Below, piece after piece: positions 18,517-30,100 of a stretch of 64,000 bases of DNA; positions within the stretch are counted from its first letter, which is position 1; every line of letters starts with the position of its first letter. The stretch lies in assembly GCA_963676795.2 (NCBI GenBank), contig CAXXTB010000001.1, positions 64,001 to 128,000 on the forward strand, in the 5' to 3' direction. A program made the position numbers and the translations under genes. The notes beneath the pieces were generated by a model. That model was not told where the DNA came from, ran no database searches, and saw nothing but the letters and a program-made list of their open reading frames with translations. This stretch comes from Geopsychrobacteraceae bacterium (lineage in GTDB: Bacteria; Desulfobacterota; Desulfuromonadia; Desulfuromonadales; Geopsychrobacteraceae).

Positions 18517-18990
18517 TCAGCCCTCAGGCATCCGAGACTGCTTGGCTGTCATTCGCTCAATCTGCAGGCGATAGACCCGGGTTTTATCAACTGCCATCTC
18601 TTTGAAATTGAAGTCCGGACTGCCGTAATGTTGCATGATCCGGCGCAAACCTTCGCGTTTTTCCTCTTCGCTTTCGAGAAAACTGATGGTTCCCTCCCCG
18701 ACGACCGACTGGAAGCGAGTGGTCCAGTGGCAGGCGACCGGAGTCTTGATCAGCCCGTGATCGATAGCGACACAAAAACTGGCCTGCGGATTCCTGGCAA
18801 TCAGCTCGAGTTTGCGTCCTTCTTGCGCCGAATGGAAATAGAGTGCGCCGTCGTGATAACCATAGTTCAAGGTCACAATGTAGGGAAGCGGCTCATCGAT
18901 CAGAGCCAGCTGGCAGATTCGACCGCTGCGCAGAATCTCTTCAATTTTGCTGAATTCAGTCACCTGTTTTTCCGAACGTCTCACTCTCAT
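18517..18990 (-). CDS. Pyridoxamine 5'-phosphate oxidase-like FMN-binding protein (NimA-like)
   Basis: PYIVTLNYGY, LYFHSAQEGRK and FQSVVGEG motifs. Confidence 0.85.
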   Translation of the reverse strand: MRVRRSEKQVTEFSKIEEILRSGRICQLALIDEPLPYIVTLNYGYHDGALYFHSAQEGRKLELIARNPQASFCVAIDHGLIKTPVACHWTTRFQSVVGEGTISFLESEEEKREGLRRIMQHYGSPDFNFKEMAVDKTRVYRLQIERMTAKQSRMPEG

Positions 18991-19222
18991 CTCCTGTCTT
19001 TTCATCAGCAAAGCAATGCCCTAAGATAATTCTTATCGCGGCAAAATCCCAGCCAAACATACATGTCGAACCAGATTCCCCAACAACCCGGCAGCGACGT
19101 ATAGGCAGAAACATTGCCATCTGTGTTAAACTTTCAACTGTTTTAGCACGCCATTGAACTTGAGCAGTTCCGTCCGGCTTCCCCGGAAATTGGTTTTAAT
19201 CGCTGGTGAAAGGACCATTCCT

Positions 19223-20164
19223 ATGAACAATAAAGTCCGTATTGGCAAAACAGATCTGCATGTCACCCCCATCGGTCTGGGCTGTAACGCCGTCGGCGGC
19301 CATAACCTCTATCCCGATCTGGATGAAAACGTCGGCCGCGACCTGGTCCGGCAGGCCATCTCGGCCGGAATCGACTTCTTCGATACCGCCTTTATCTACG
19401 GCAAGGGGCGCTCGGAAGAGCTGATCGGCGAGGTGGTCAAAGAGACCAACTGCCGTGAGCAGCTCATCATCGCTACCAAGGGTGCCCATGATATCTCGAG
19501 CGGTGAGGTCCGGCTCAATAACAGTCCGGAATTCCTGCGCCAATCGGTCGACACCAGCCTTAAGCGACTACAGACCGACTACATCGACCTGTTCTATATC
19601 CATTTTCCGGATGAAGCGACCCCGAAAGGGGAAGCGGTCGGAGTGCTCAAGGAGCTGAAAGACACCGGCAAGATCAGGGCGATCGGCGTCTCCAACTTCA
19701 GCCTTGAACAACTGATCGAAGGGAACAAAAATGGCGGCATCGATGTCTTTCAGGGGCACTACAATCTGCTGACCCGCGGCGTTGAGCAGGATATTCTCCC
19801 CTACTGCGAAGCCAACCAGATCTCTTTTGTCCCCTACTTTCCTCTGGCGATGGGACTGCTGGCCGGCAAATACACCAGGGACACCCGTTTTCCGGACGGG
19901 GACCTGCGCAGCAAAAAACCGGAACTGCAGGGGGAAACCTTCCTGAAAAACCTGGAGAAGGTCGAACAGCTCAACAAGATCGCCCAGAGCTACAATACCG
20001 AGGTTCCCTACCTGGTGCTCGCCTGGTACCTGACCCAACCGGCCATCGACGTACTGATTCCGGGTGCCAAAAGAGCGGAACAGGCACTGAGCAACCTCAA
20101 AACCCTGGATGTCCAACTGCAGGAAGAGGATATCATCCATATCGATGAGCTGTTCAGGGATTAA
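19223..20164 (+). CDS. Aldo/keto reductase (IolS-like)
   Basis: [40 protein letters not shown] and IPGAK motifs; AAGGA RBS before ATG 19223. Confidence 0.92.
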   Translation: MNNKVRIGKTDLHVTPIGLGCNAVGGHNLYPDLDENVGRDLVRQAISAGIDFFDTAFIYGKGRSEELIGEVVKETNCREQLIIATKGAHDISSGEVRLNNSPEFLRQSVDTSLKRLQTDYIDLFYIHFPDEATPKGEAVGVLKELKDTGKIRAIGVSNFSLEQLIEGNKNGGIDVFQGHYNLLTRGVEQDILPYCEANQISFVPYFPLAMGLLAGKYTRDTRFPDGDLRSKKPELQGETFLKNLEKVEQLNKIAQSYNTEVPYLVLAWYLTQPAIDVLIPGAKRAEQALSNLKTLDVQLQEEDIIHIDELFRD

Positions 20165-20316
20165 GAAGACAGCGCTTGTTCCATGAATCTATGCCGGGAA
20201 CCGGCATTGCGATTGCGCGAATCGGGGCGCGTAGCGACACGTCTGAGCGAGTAGAGAATAGCAGCCCCAACGCTACGCAGACATACTGAAACAATTTACG
20301 CCAGTGTTTTCAAAGA

Positions 20317-20386
20317 GTTTCTTTTTCCACCCTTTTTCTTTGCGATCAAAGAAAAAGGATGACGTCTGCCGGTACGGGAACCGGCG
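20317..20386. repeat. Palindromic interspersed repeat / MITE-like remnant
   Basis: 12-bp perfect stem CCTTTTTCTTTG-cgat-CAAAGAAAAAGG followed by GCCGGT-acggga-ACCGGC. Confidence 0.5.
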
Positions 20387-20536
20387 GTTTGCGGTCTTTG
20401 AATTCCTGCGTATGAATAGGCAACCAATCAAAACCGCGGGGTTGCGCCCCAAGATGAGCAAGCTCACCAACGGGCAGAACCGCAGAAACACCTGCGGTGT
20501 TTCGCCAACTTGAAACAAACTATGCTCCGACCACCA

Positions 20537-21565
20537 CTAACAGCAGCGCAGATCGTCGTCTTTTACCTGCCCCAGCTTATCAGCCAGGGTCGGGCGGACC
20601 AGGTAGCGTTCAAAAATCCTCTGCGGCAGAACCCGGAGCAGGCGAGCGAGCAGGAAGGTCATCAGCAGGGCGAAGAGAATCCGTCCCCAGAGGATCCCGG
20701 ACAGATGACCGCCGAACAGCAGCACAATCAAGGTATCTTCGATCAAACTGTGACAGAGTCCCATCAGGGCCAGGGAAAGGAAGATATCCTTCTTCACCAG
20801 GGTCCCCTTGGCCACTTCTGCAATCAGCAGACCACCCCCGTAGCTGATCCCCAGGGTCATGCCGATAATGGTCAGCGGCGCGACCTCGCGCCCCATGCCG
20901 AGCAGTGTCAGTAGCGGCTCGAGCAAACGGGTCAACAGCGCGGTGATGCCCACCTTACGACACAGTTTGAGCAGCAGCATCAGGCTGAAGATAATCACCA
21001 GAATCATCAGCATGCTCTTAAACTGCCCCAGCCCCCAGGCCAACCAGCCGGTATCCTGAGCAACTGGCCTCCAGAGGGTGGTGGCCGGCTGTTGCAGGGT
21101 ATCAGACAAACGATAGATCTGGTTGAGCAGGGCGCCAAGCACGAAAGCACCGGCGACCCGTAACAGCAGCATGATACGAAAACGGGTGCCGATCTTCTGG
21201 GCGACGCGCAGTTCCACCGGTAACGCATGGGCCACCAGCATCATGGTCCCGATAACGGTCATTTGGGCGACATTCAGCTCCAGGCCAGTCGACAGGGTGG
21301 CAAAGACCATCACCCCGGCATAGATGTTCAGCACCATGGTCGTCGCCCAGACCAGGCCAAGTTCTCCAGGCAGACCGACCAGCTGCATCAGTGGCCCGAG
21401 CAGGTCGCCGAGGTGAGAAATCCAGCCCAACTGTTCGCAAATACGGGTGACAATGCCGATCGGGATAACGATCCGCATCAGAATCCAGAAGACCCGTAAA
21501 GCGTCCAGAAAAGTCGTCTGCGCCGTCTGCCAAAATTGAGAAGCAAGCGAAGTGATCAACACCAT
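20537..21565 (-). CDS. Nucleoside-recognition (Gate) domain membrane protein
   Basis: PLMQLVGLPGE, AHALPVE, GMTLGISYGGG and CHSLIEDT motifs. Confidence 0.8.
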   Translation of the reverse strand: MVLITSLASQFWQTAQTTFLDALRVFWILMRIVIPIGIVTRICEQLGWISHLGDLLGPLMQLVGLPGELGLVWATTMVLNIYAGVMVFATLSTGLELNVAQMTVIGTMMLVAHALPVELRVAQKIGTRFRIMLLLRVAGAFVLGALLNQIYRLSDTLQQPATTLWRPVAQDTGWLAWGLGQFKSMLMILVIIFSLMLLLKLCRKVGITALLTRLLEPLLTLLGMGREVAPLTIIGMTLGISYGGGLLIAEVAKGTLVKKDIFLSLALMGLCHSLIEDTLIVLLFGGHLSGILWGRILFALLMTFLLARLLRVLPQRIFERYLVRPTLADKLGQVKDDDLRCC

Positions 21566-21569
21566 GAGC

Positions 21570-21773
21570 TTACCATTTACGAAGCAACCAAAGAACCAGC
21601 GAGATCAAAGCACTGACGATGATCATACTGGTAATCGGAAAAAAGATCTTCAGCCCCGGTTTATCAATCAGAATATCACCGGGCAAGCGTCCGAGCGGAA
21701 GCTTGCTCAGCCAGGGCCAGCCAAACCCGGCAACCAGAATGATGAGCCCGAGCGTGATCAGGGTTTTCTGCAT
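21570..21773 (-). CDS. DUF2905 small membrane protein
   Basis: LGRLPGDI..FFPITS signature. Confidence 0.9.
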   Translation of the reverse strand: MQKTLITLGLIILVAGFGWPWLSKLPLGRLPGDILIDKPGLKIFFPITSMIIVSALISLVLWLLRKW

Positions 21774-21802
21774 AAGCGAATCAACTCCCGCTCCGTCGCA
21801 CG

Positions 21803-22018
21803 TCAGTCACCGAGATACTCAAAGCGCGGGATCAGGCGCCCCTCAAATTCCTTCTGATCCAAAAACATCGCCAGCGGCCTGACCCATAACCCCATCTCGC
21901 CATAGAGAGGACGATAGACGACCATCTCCTCCTCGTTTTCCGAGTGCCTGGCAACACCGAGAACTTCGTATTCGTTTCCCTTGAAATGCCGGTAGCGGCC
22001 GGACTTGAGTGAAGACAT
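21803..22018 (-). CDS. DUF1653 protein
   Basis: GRYRHFKGNEYEV..HSE..VVYRPLYG..WVRP..F..RF signature. Confidence 0.9.
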   Translation of the reverse strand: MSSLKSGRYRHFKGNEYEVLGVARHSENEEEMVVYRPLYGEMGLWVRPLAMFLDQKEFEGRLIPRFEYLGD

Positions 22019-22110
22019 TGGTCTCTCCCTGAGATTGCAGCTGGATATTTTCCCGACAAAGACTCTAGCACTATTTTCAGGCGCAATGCCAAGACTCTTG
22101 TGCACTGCCA

Positions 22111-22148
22111 AATAAAATGGGGCCATGGCTCACATGCCATGGCCCCAT
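22111..22148 (-). terminator. Intrinsic terminator after the MCP gene
   Basis: 13-bp perfect stem ATGGGGCCATGGC/GCCATGGCCCCAT followed by TTTATT on the minus strand. Confidence 0.75.
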
Positions 22149-22172
22149 GAGGATAACCTACAATTTTCTGAA

Positions 22173-23921
22173 TCAGGAAATCATGTGCCGCCCCGACAAA
22201 GACGCAGTATCCACCCTGAAGCGCTGCAGCATCTCGCGCAGGTAGGCCGCTTGCCCGGACAGCTCCTCGCTGGTCGCGGCACTCTCTTCCGCGGCAGCGG
22301 TGTTCTTCTGGATAGTCTGATCGATCTGCCCCAGCCCCTGGTTGATCTGGCCAATACCTAAAGCCTGTTCACTGGTCGCGGCGGCAATCTCGCTGACCAG
22401 ATCGGTGACCTTGGTGATATTGGTGACGATCTCGGACAAGGCCTCGGATGTTTCCTTGGCGATCTGGCTGCCATTTGCAGATTTTTCGACCGACCCTTCG
22501 ATCATCTGGGTTGTCTCTTCAGCCGCCTTGGCACTCCGGGCAGCCAGGTTACGGACCTCCTCGGCGACAACAGCAAACCCCTTGCCATGCTGACCGGCCC
22601 GGGCCGCTTCAACGGCGGCATTGAGGGCCAGCAGGTTGGTCTGGAAAGCAATCTCATCGATAACCTTGATAATCTTGCTGATATTCTGCGCCGAAGCATT
22701 GATGTCCTCCATGGCATCGATCATCGCCGCCATCTTGCGACTGCCGACCTCGGCAGAGGATTTGGCGACCCCGGACAGCTGATTCGCCTGGCTGGCATTC
22801 TCAGCGCTCTGCTTGGTCTGCGAACCGATCTCGTTCATCGAACTGCTGATCTCCTCCAGAGCGGCAGCCGACTGGGTTGCTCCGTGCGACAGCGACTGGC
22901 TCGAATCGGCCACCTGCTGGCTGCCGGAGGTGATCTCGTCGCTGGCGCTCTGGATCTGGCCGACCAGTTCGCGCAGGTTGGTGATCATCCGCAGCAGAGC
23001 ATTGCCAAGGATATCCTCGTTTGAGGCCGGCTGAACCTCCACGGTCAGATCCCCTTCGGCGATCAGCCTGGTCCGCTCGGCATAACCGTTGAGATGCTTG
23101 GCCATATTATTCAGCGAAGCGGTCAGCATACCGATCTCATCCCGACTGTCCCAGGTGAAGCTTTGGGCCAGGCGCCCCTGTTCCAGTTCTTCAGCCATCA
23201 CCCGCAGCTGCTGCAAAGGCTTGACCAGCTGACGGATCAGGACGAAGACCATCGGCACGACCAGGACGATAAACAGAATCACCAGCACCATCAGGCTCCA
23301 GAACTGAACCGGAGCGACTTTCTCATCCATCAGCTGAACCAGTGCGGCTTTCTGGGTGTCAACATCGTCCGTATAGATACCGGTTCCAAGCATATAGGCG
23401 GTCCCCGGTATCATCGTCGCGTAACTGAGCTTTTCCACATCGTCATTGCTTGGTGGCTTGGGCCAGACGTAGGTGACAAAGCCTCCGCCCTGGTTCGCCC
23501 TGGCAAGCAGTTCCTTGACAAGATAAAGCCCGTTTTTATCCTTCATATCGATCAGACTCTTCCCTTCCAGTTCCCGTTTAGGGGGGAGCGACATGCAAAT
23601 GCCGTCACGGTCATAGATGAAGAAATATCCCGACTTGTTTTCCAGGAAGCGGATCGGATTGTTCAGGGTACGGAGAATCTCCAGAATCTCTTCGCGATCC
23701 GTCTTGCCGGCAATCGCTGCGCCCATCGCCAGAGCCGTTGAATCGACAAGCGATTTGAGCTCTTCCTGGTAGCCCCGCTTCATCACCTCATCGACCTGAA
23801 TCAGAGCTTCTGCCTTAACGATATTGATCGCCTTACGCCCGGCAAAGATGCTGATGCCGGCGAAGATCAGAATGATAACGGCCAGAAGCCAGATCTTCAC
23901 GCCAATCTTGAGATTTTTCAT
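22173..23921 (-). CDS. Methyl-accepting chemotaxis protein with a Cache sensor domain and HAMP
   Basis: [28 protein letters not shown] (Cache); [20 protein letters not shown] signalling tip. Confidence 0.95.
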   Translation of the reverse strand: MKNLKIGVKIWLLAVIILIFAGISIFAGRKAINIVKAEALIQVDEVMKRGYQEELKSLVDSTALAMGAAIAGKTDREEILEILRTLNNPIRFLENKSGYFFIYDRDGICMSLPPKRELEGKSLIDMKDKNGLYLVKELLARANQGGGFVTYVWPKPPSNDDVEKLSYATMIPGTAYMLGTGIYTDDVDTQKAALVQLMDEKVAPVQFWSLMVLVILFIVLVVPMVFVLIRQLVKPLQQLRVMAEELEQGRLAQSFTWDSRDEIGMLTASLNNMAKHLNGYAERTRLIAEGDLTVEVQPASNEDILGNALLRMITNLRELVGQIQSASDEITSGSQQVADSSQSLSHGATQSAAALEEISSSMNEIGSQTKQSAENASQANQLSGVAKSSAEVGSRKMAAMIDAMEDINASAQNISKIIKVIDEIAFQTNLLALNAAVEAARAGQHGKGFAVVAEEVRNLAARSAKAAEETTQMIEGSVEKSANGSQIAKETSEALSEIVTNITKVTDLVSEIAAATSEQALGIGQINQGLGQIDQTIQKNTAAAEESAATSEELSGQAAYLREMLQRFRVDTASLSGRHMIS

Positions 23922-24044
23922 CGTGAACCTTTCTCCCCCGCCCGTAAGCTAGAAAAAGTAAGCGGGAATGGTGTTTTCATATTTTTGTGCTGACAAAACG
24001 GTTCTATCCACCAGACGAGGGTGGGTGTGATGTCATCTAGACAA

Positions 24045-24061
24045 AGCAACGTTGGTGCCAA
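24045..24061 (-). promoter_or_regulatory. Sigma54 (-24/-12) promoter for the MCP gene
   Basis: Minus strand reads TTGGCAC-CAACG-TTGCT, an exact consensus match. Confidence 0.82.
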
Positions 24062-24127
24062 CTAACGTTGCTACCAAAATGTGTTGATATTTCTTGAATA
24101 TAAAGAAGAAAGCCGAAGAGTAAGGGG

Positions 24128-24228
24128 TGTAACCAAAGTCACACAAAATTTACCAAATATGAAAAAAACGCTGATTTTGTTGAGATTTTTGCAGATTTCC
24201 CTAAGGAACAGCTGTAACGAAATGCACA
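24128..24228. promoter_or_regulatory. Two TGT-N10-ACA enhancer-like sites
   Basis: TGTaaccaaagtcACA at 24128-24143 and TGTaacgaaatgcACA at 24213-24228, both upstream of the sigma54 promoter. Confidence 0.6.
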
Positions 24229-24363
24229 GGGGTTTGCGACAAAGTTTCGATCTTATTTCTTATCGAAATGTTGATTCAGAATCGGCCGTCTCTACGACCT
24301 ACAGGCATGGCGTTGAGCATCTCCCTCCTCATGCTCAACAGCCCACCGGCAAGTCAATGATTT

Positions 24364-25398
24364 TCAAACCAGTTTCCAGTGCAGTTTCTGCCCGGCAAAA
24401 AAAGGAACGATCGACATTCCGTTCGGCAGCACAATCGACTCCGGCACGGTCCAGCCTTCACGGATCAGGGTCACCTGTTGCCTATTGCGCGGCAGGCCGT
24501 AAAAGTCCGCCCCGAGGTGACTGGCAAAGCCTTCCAGCTTGTCAAGTGCGCCCGCATCGTCAAAAAACTGGGCATAGAGCTCAAGCGCCGACCAGGCACT
24601 GTAGCAACCGGCGCAGCCACAGGCCGATTCCTTACGGACCTGCTCATGAGGGGCCGAATCGCTGCCGAGGAAGAACTTGGGAGAACCACTGATAGCCACC
24701 TCCTGGAGCACCCGCTGATGGGTGTTGCGCTTGAGCACAGGCAGGCAGTAATTATGCGGCCGCACCCCGCCAACGAGCAGATCATTGCGGTTGAGCAGCA
24801 GGTGCTGCGGGGTGATGGTCGCCGCGACATTGTCACCGCACGACAGGACAAACTGGGCCGCCTCGGCCGTGGTGATATGCTCGGCGACGACCTTCAATGC
24901 GGGATGGCGCTCGACTATCGAGCAGAGCCGGGTTTCGACAAAGACCTTTTCCCGATCGAAGATATCGACCTCGTCCTGAGTGACCTCGCCATGCACGAGC
25001 AGCGGCATCCCCTGCAGCGCCAGCTCCTCAAGCGTCGCTTCGATTCTGGCCAGGTCGGTGACACCGGCATGGGAGTTGGTTGTCGCACCAGCCGGATAGA
25101 GCTTGGCCGCGACCGCACCGGCCTGTTTTGCCTCACGGATTGTCCCGGCCGTGGTCTGATCGGTCAGGTAGAGGGTCATCAGCGGCTCAAAGAAACTCCC
25201 GGGCGGGCGGGCGGACAGAATTCTCTGCCGATAGGCCGTGATCATGGCGGCAGAGGTAACCGGAGGGACGAGATTCGGCATGGCGATCGCCCGCTGAAAA
25301 CAGCGCGCCGTCGCCGCAACCGTTTCCGGCAGCATCTCCTCATCGCGAAAATGAACATGCCAGTCGTCCGGCATGGTGATGGTCAACTGATCAGTCAT
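24364..25398 (-). CDS. pyrC: Dihydroorotase, homodimeric (E. coli-like) class
   Basis: [40 protein letters not shown] and GSDSAPH motifs. Confidence 0.96.
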   Translation of the reverse strand: MTDQLTITMPDDWHVHFRDEEMLPETVAATARCFQRAIAMPNLVPPVTSAAMITAYRQRILSARPPGSFFEPLMTLYLTDQTTAGTIREAKQAGAVAAKLYPAGATTNSHAGVTDLARIEATLEELALQGMPLLVHGEVTQDEVDIFDREKVFVETRLCSIVERHPALKVVAEHITTAEAAQFVLSCGDNVAATITPQHLLLNRNDLLVGGVRPHNYCLPVLKRNTHQRVLQEVAISGSPKFFLGSDSAPHEQVRKESACGCAGCYSAWSALELYAQFFDDAGALDKLEGFASHLGADFYGLPRNRQQVTLIREGWTVPESIVLPNGMSIVPFFAGQKLHWKLV

Positions 25399-25585
25399 AA
25401 CATCATGCTTTGCTTTCAGGGTTCTTGAACAAACATCTTTCGATTATACGGAGACAGACCTGGCTTGAAAAGTCTCTCCTTTGTCTCTCCTCGGCTATTT
25501 TTTTGAGTCTTGTCTCTGGAAGCGGCGCCGTCCTTCTGCTATTATGTAAAATCTTTAATTTCAAGATTCCCGCAAAGGGTATTCG

Positions 25586-27025
25586 ATGGCCCGAAAAAAG
25601 TATTTCATTGCGCTGCTGACCGGCCTGCTGGTCGTCGGTTTTCTGTTTACCAGCATCGTCAGCTACTTTGTCGCACAAAGGTCACTGAGCGAACAGATCG
25701 CCGGCAACACACTGCCCCTGACCAGCGACAATATCTACTCGGAAATTCAGCAGGATCTGCTCAGGCCGATCTTTATCTCGTCACTGATGGCTCATGATAC
25801 CTTTGTCCGGGACTGGGTTTTGAATGGGGAGCTGAACCCTGAGCAGATGACCCGCTATCTGCGCGAGATCCAGAAACGCTACGCGACCGTAACCAGCTTC
25901 TTCGTCTCCGACAAATCCTACAATTACTATCATTCGAGCGGGATTCTCAAAACCGTCAGCCCGGAGGATGACCAGGACCGCTGGTATTTCAACATGCCTT
26001 CGTTCGTTGCCGACTATCAGATCAATATTGACCGCGACACCGCAGACCTTGCGAACATGACGGTTTTTATCAACCACAAAGTCTACGACTATCATGGCGA
26101 CTATATCGGCACTATCGGTGTCGGCCTGGGGGTCACTTCGGTTAAAGAACTGATCGAAATCTATCAGCAGCGTTACGGCCGGACGATCTTCTTTACCGAT
26201 CGGCAGGGGGAACTGACTCTGGTCGGAAACGGCTATAAAGGCCCGCAAAACCTGCGTAACTTCCCCGGCCTTGCCCCTTTCGTGACCCAGGTTCTCACCG
26301 CACCGAGCAGCTCCCTCTCCTTCGACAACGGCCACCGCAAAGTTTACTTCAACAGCCGCGTGGTTGAAGATTTCAACTGGTACCTGATTGTTCTTGAACA
26401 AGGCGCTGCCGGTGAGCAGCGCATTGAGAACGCCCTCTGGATCAACATCGCCATCAGCCTGATCATTACCCTGGTTGTCCTGACCATAGCCGGAATCACG
26501 GTCGGAAACTATCAGAAAAAACTTGAAGCGCTGGCGACTACAGACCGGCTGACCGGCCTGACGGCCAGACAGATGTTCGATGTTCTGTTCAATCAGGCAT
26601 ACAAGGCCAATCTCAGGCGCCGCACCGCCCTGTCGGTAATTTTGATCGACATCGATCACTTCAAGCAGGTCAATGACACCTACGGACATCCGGCCGGAGA
26701 CCAGGTCCTGCGGGGGGTTGCTGATGCGCTCAACGAAGTCGTCAGGGGGGATGAAGTGATCTTCCGCTGGGGGGGCGAGGAATTTCTGGTCCTGCTCTCC
26801 GACTGCTCTCTCGAACAGGCGCAAAGAACGGCCGAACGCTTCAGGGCCCGGATTGAAGAGCTGACCCTCTATCGCGGCGATACCAGCCTGAAGGTGACAA
26901 TCAGCCTTGGGGCGGCACAGATGCACGACGGCGAAACCGTTGACACCCTGATCTCACGCGCCGACAAAGCTCTCTACAAAGCCAAAAACAGCGGCCGCAA
27001 TCAGATTCAAATCGCCGAGGACTGA
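25586..27025 (+). CDS. Sensor diguanylate cyclase (TM, dCache-like domain, TM, GGEEF)
   Basis: DRLTGL, DIDHFKQVNDTYGHPAGD, RWGGEEF and ADKALYKAK motifs. Confidence 0.93.
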   Translation: MARKKYFIALLTGLLVVGFLFTSIVSYFVAQRSLSEQIAGNTLPLTSDNIYSEIQQDLLRPIFISSLMAHDTFVRDWVLNGELNPEQMTRYLREIQKRYATVTSFFVSDKSYNYYHSSGILKTVSPEDDQDRWYFNMPSFVADYQINIDRDTADLANMTVFINHKVYDYHGDYIGTIGVGLGVTSVKELIEIYQQRYGRTIFFTDRQGELTLVGNGYKGPQNLRNFPGLAPFVTQVLTAPSSSLSFDNGHRKVYFNSRVVEDFNWYLIVLEQGAAGEQRIENALWINIAISLIITLVVLTIAGITVGNYQKKLEALATTDRLTGLTARQMFDVLFNQAYKANLRRRTALSVILIDIDHFKQVNDTYGHPAGDQVLRGVADALNEVVRGDEVIFRWGGEEFLVLLSDCSLEQAQRTAERFRARIEELTLYRGDTSLKVTISLGAAQMHDGETVDTLISRADKALYKAKNSGRNQIQIAED

Positions 27026-27154
27026 TTCAGAAGTGGATATCTCTGAAATTCCAGGGCGATACTCGGCTCTCGTAATTTCAAAACTAATCCTGGCTGATGT
27101 CTAAAGGAGCCCCAGTTATGCTAGAATTCAAAATCTAGCCTAAGGGAGGAACCG

Positions 27155-30100
27155 ATGAGGCGCTGGCAAAAAATTTCTCTGATCTGTCTGGCTGTTATTG
27201 TCGGCCTGATGCTCCTGTCGATGCTGGTCGTACCCTGGCAGCTGAAAAAGCAGGGAACCAACTGGATTGCCCAGAATACCGACCGGACCCTGAGTATTGA
27301 AAAAGCCTACTTCAACCCGTTCACACTGACGGTTGAAGTTGACGGCGTCAAACTGAGTGAGCAGAACACAGCTGCCCCCTTTGTCAGCTTTTCCAGACTG
27401 ACGCTCTCGGTCAGTTCCAGATCGCTGATCGACTGGGCACTGATCCTCGATCGCGTCGAACTTGATGATCCATTCGTAAATATCGCACGGCTGTCCAGGG
27501 AAGAATTCAATTTCTCCGACTTCACCCGGCTGGGAGGGGACAACCCTGAGCAAGAGGACAAAACTGCTGAAAAAGAAGACAAACCCCTTCACTTTTCACT
27601 GAACAACATCGTCATCAGGAACGGCAGCCTTGACTTTCATGACCAGGCCTCTGAACGGGAGTCCCATCACCAGGTCAGGCAATTCGACCTGAGCGTTCCC
27701 TTTATCGGCAACGTCCCCTACCTGGCCGACGTCTATGTCAAACCGGCGCTGTTCATGTTCCTCAACGGTGCCGAAGTCAAGGCGACCGGCGAACTCAAGC
27801 CATTTCATGATTCACTGGAGACCAATCTTGACGTCTCCTTTCACGGCATCAAACTCCCCTTCTATGCCGAGCAATCCCCGCTTGCCCTGCCGTTGCGCGT
27901 CGAAGACGGTGACATCGATTTCCACCTGGGACTCTCCTACCTGGTCTCTGCCTCAGAGGAGCCGCAACTGCTGATCAACGGCGAGTTCGCCATGTCCGAC
28001 CTGGTCCTCAAACAACTGGACGGTTCTGACCTGTTCTCGATGGAAACCCTGATCATCGATCTCGAAGAAGCCAATATCTTCAAGCAACAGGCGCATTTCC
28101 TGGCGATCGACATCTACACGCCGGAACTGTCCGTTGAACATGATGCCGACGGCCTGTGGACCTGGCAGAAACTGCTGCCCGACAGCACACCAGCTGCTGA
28201 AAATTCGGCCAGTTCAGAGGAGACTTCAGCAGCGCAGCTGCCGCAGGTCCTGATTGACAGTTTTGCGATCCATGAAGGATCAATCCGCTATCGAGATGAC
28301 ACTGTGCCGGAAGGTTTCAATGAAGATGTCGAGCAGATCAACCTGACCCTGACCCGGCTCTCGACCTACCCTGAGCAGCAGACCTTAGCCGAGTTGAAAC
28401 TGCTGACCGGGCGCAAGGCCCAACTGGGAGTCAGCGGTGATTTCACCATCACCCCTCTGCAGGCCAATGTCGATGTGCTGCTCAACGGCATAGCACTTGA
28501 ACCGTTTTACCCTTACCTGGCCGGCCAGCTGACGGCGCCACTCAAAGGAACCGTCAACCTCGGTGGCCATATCCGCTATACGCTCGACGGCAATGTCCTG
28601 GCCGAGCAGATTCAGGTCGGACTCCACGACTTCCGCGCCCCCTTTGGCGAGCAGGACTATTTTTCCCTGCCGCTGCTCAGTCTGACCGGCAGTTCCTTCG
28701 ACCTCAACGGCCAGAGTATCAAGCTGGGTGAGCTGATCCTGCAGCAGGGGGATGCACAGATCACCCGCCTGGCCGATGGCAGTGTTTCGCCGCTGTTGCT
28801 GATCAAGCCGCAACCCGAGTCCAGCGCCGAACCGCAACAGGTGAAACAGACGAACGAAAACACCTGGCAGCTGAACCTGGCACAACTGAAGCTGGACGCT
28901 TTCAAACTCAAGTTCACCGATGAAACAGACTCACGCACCCCGGTTGTCAGCGTTCCGGAGTTCAACCTGAGCGCCGCCGACCTGTCCTACCCGAAAGCTC
29001 AGCTGGCGCCGTTCAGCATCAACGCCAGAATCGGCAAGAAGGGAACTGTCGCCGTCAGGGGGAAAGTCCGTCATACGCCGCTGCAGCTCAATGCGACAAC
29101 CGATATCAAGGCCTTCCCGCTGGCTGACTTCAATGATTTCATTCCGCCCGACCTGAACCTGAAGCTCAAGGACGGCAAACTCTATACCACGCTGAAAACC
29201 GCTGTCAGCCAGCAGGACAACAACCTCCTGGGCGATTTCAGTGGTGGCCTGAACGTCAGCGATTTCAACCTGCGCGATCCGCTGGGCAGCGGCGAGATGC
29301 TCAGCTGGAAAAACCTCAACCTGAACAGTATCGAGGGGACACTCAACCCTTTTGCGCTGAGAATCAAAGAGCTGACTCTAAGTGATTATCTGGCCAACAT
29401 CACCATCAACGAAGAAGGACGCATCAACCTGACCGGCCTCACCGCAGAAGAAGATTCCAACGAGGCTGAACCTGGAGCAGAACAGAAGGCCGAACCCGTT
29501 GTTGCAGAAGAGAAAGGGGCAGGTCCCGCACCCGATATCCGTATCGACGCGCTGACCCTCCAGGGCGGAACGGTCTCCTTCATCGACCGCCACATGCCGA
29601 GCACCTTTGCCACCACCATGTATCAGCTCGGTGGCCGGATTTCCGGCATGACCTCAGATCCTGAGATGCAGGCCGATGTCGATCTGCGCGGCCAATTGGA
29701 AAACCACTCGCCGCTGTCCATCACCGGCAAGCTCAACCCCCTGAGCAGGGACCTCTTTGCCGACCTGACGCTCAGTTTCAAAGACATCGACCTGACGCCG
29801 ATGAGTCCCTATTCCGGAACCTACGTCGGCTACATCATCGCCAAGGGCAAATTGAACCTGGACCTGGACTACCACATTGAGCATCAGCAGATCGATGCCG
29901 ACAACCGGGTGATGATCGATCAATTCACCTTTGGCGACAGGGTTGAAAGCGACAAAGCCACCTCCCTGCCGGTCGGTCTGGCGATTGCCCTGCTTAAGGA
30001 CAAGAACGACGAAATTCACCTCGACATTCCGATTTCCGGCAACCTCAACGACCCCAAGTTCAGCATCGCCGGTGCGGTCTGGACCATCGTCAGGAACCTG

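Noticed and set aside
24081..24692. 203-aa + strand ORF
   Set aside because: It runs across the MCP enhancer region and antisense into pyrC, with no protein-like pattern.
25451..25518. Short GTCTCT repeats in the pyrC/GGDEF divergent spacer
   Set aside because: Too short and irregularly spaced to call an operator.
9197..27025. Either GGDEF protein as a Hypr-type cGAMP synthase supplying the A20 riboswitch
   Set aside because: Both keep Asp in GHxxGD (GHDVGD and GHPAGD) rather than the Hypr Ser.
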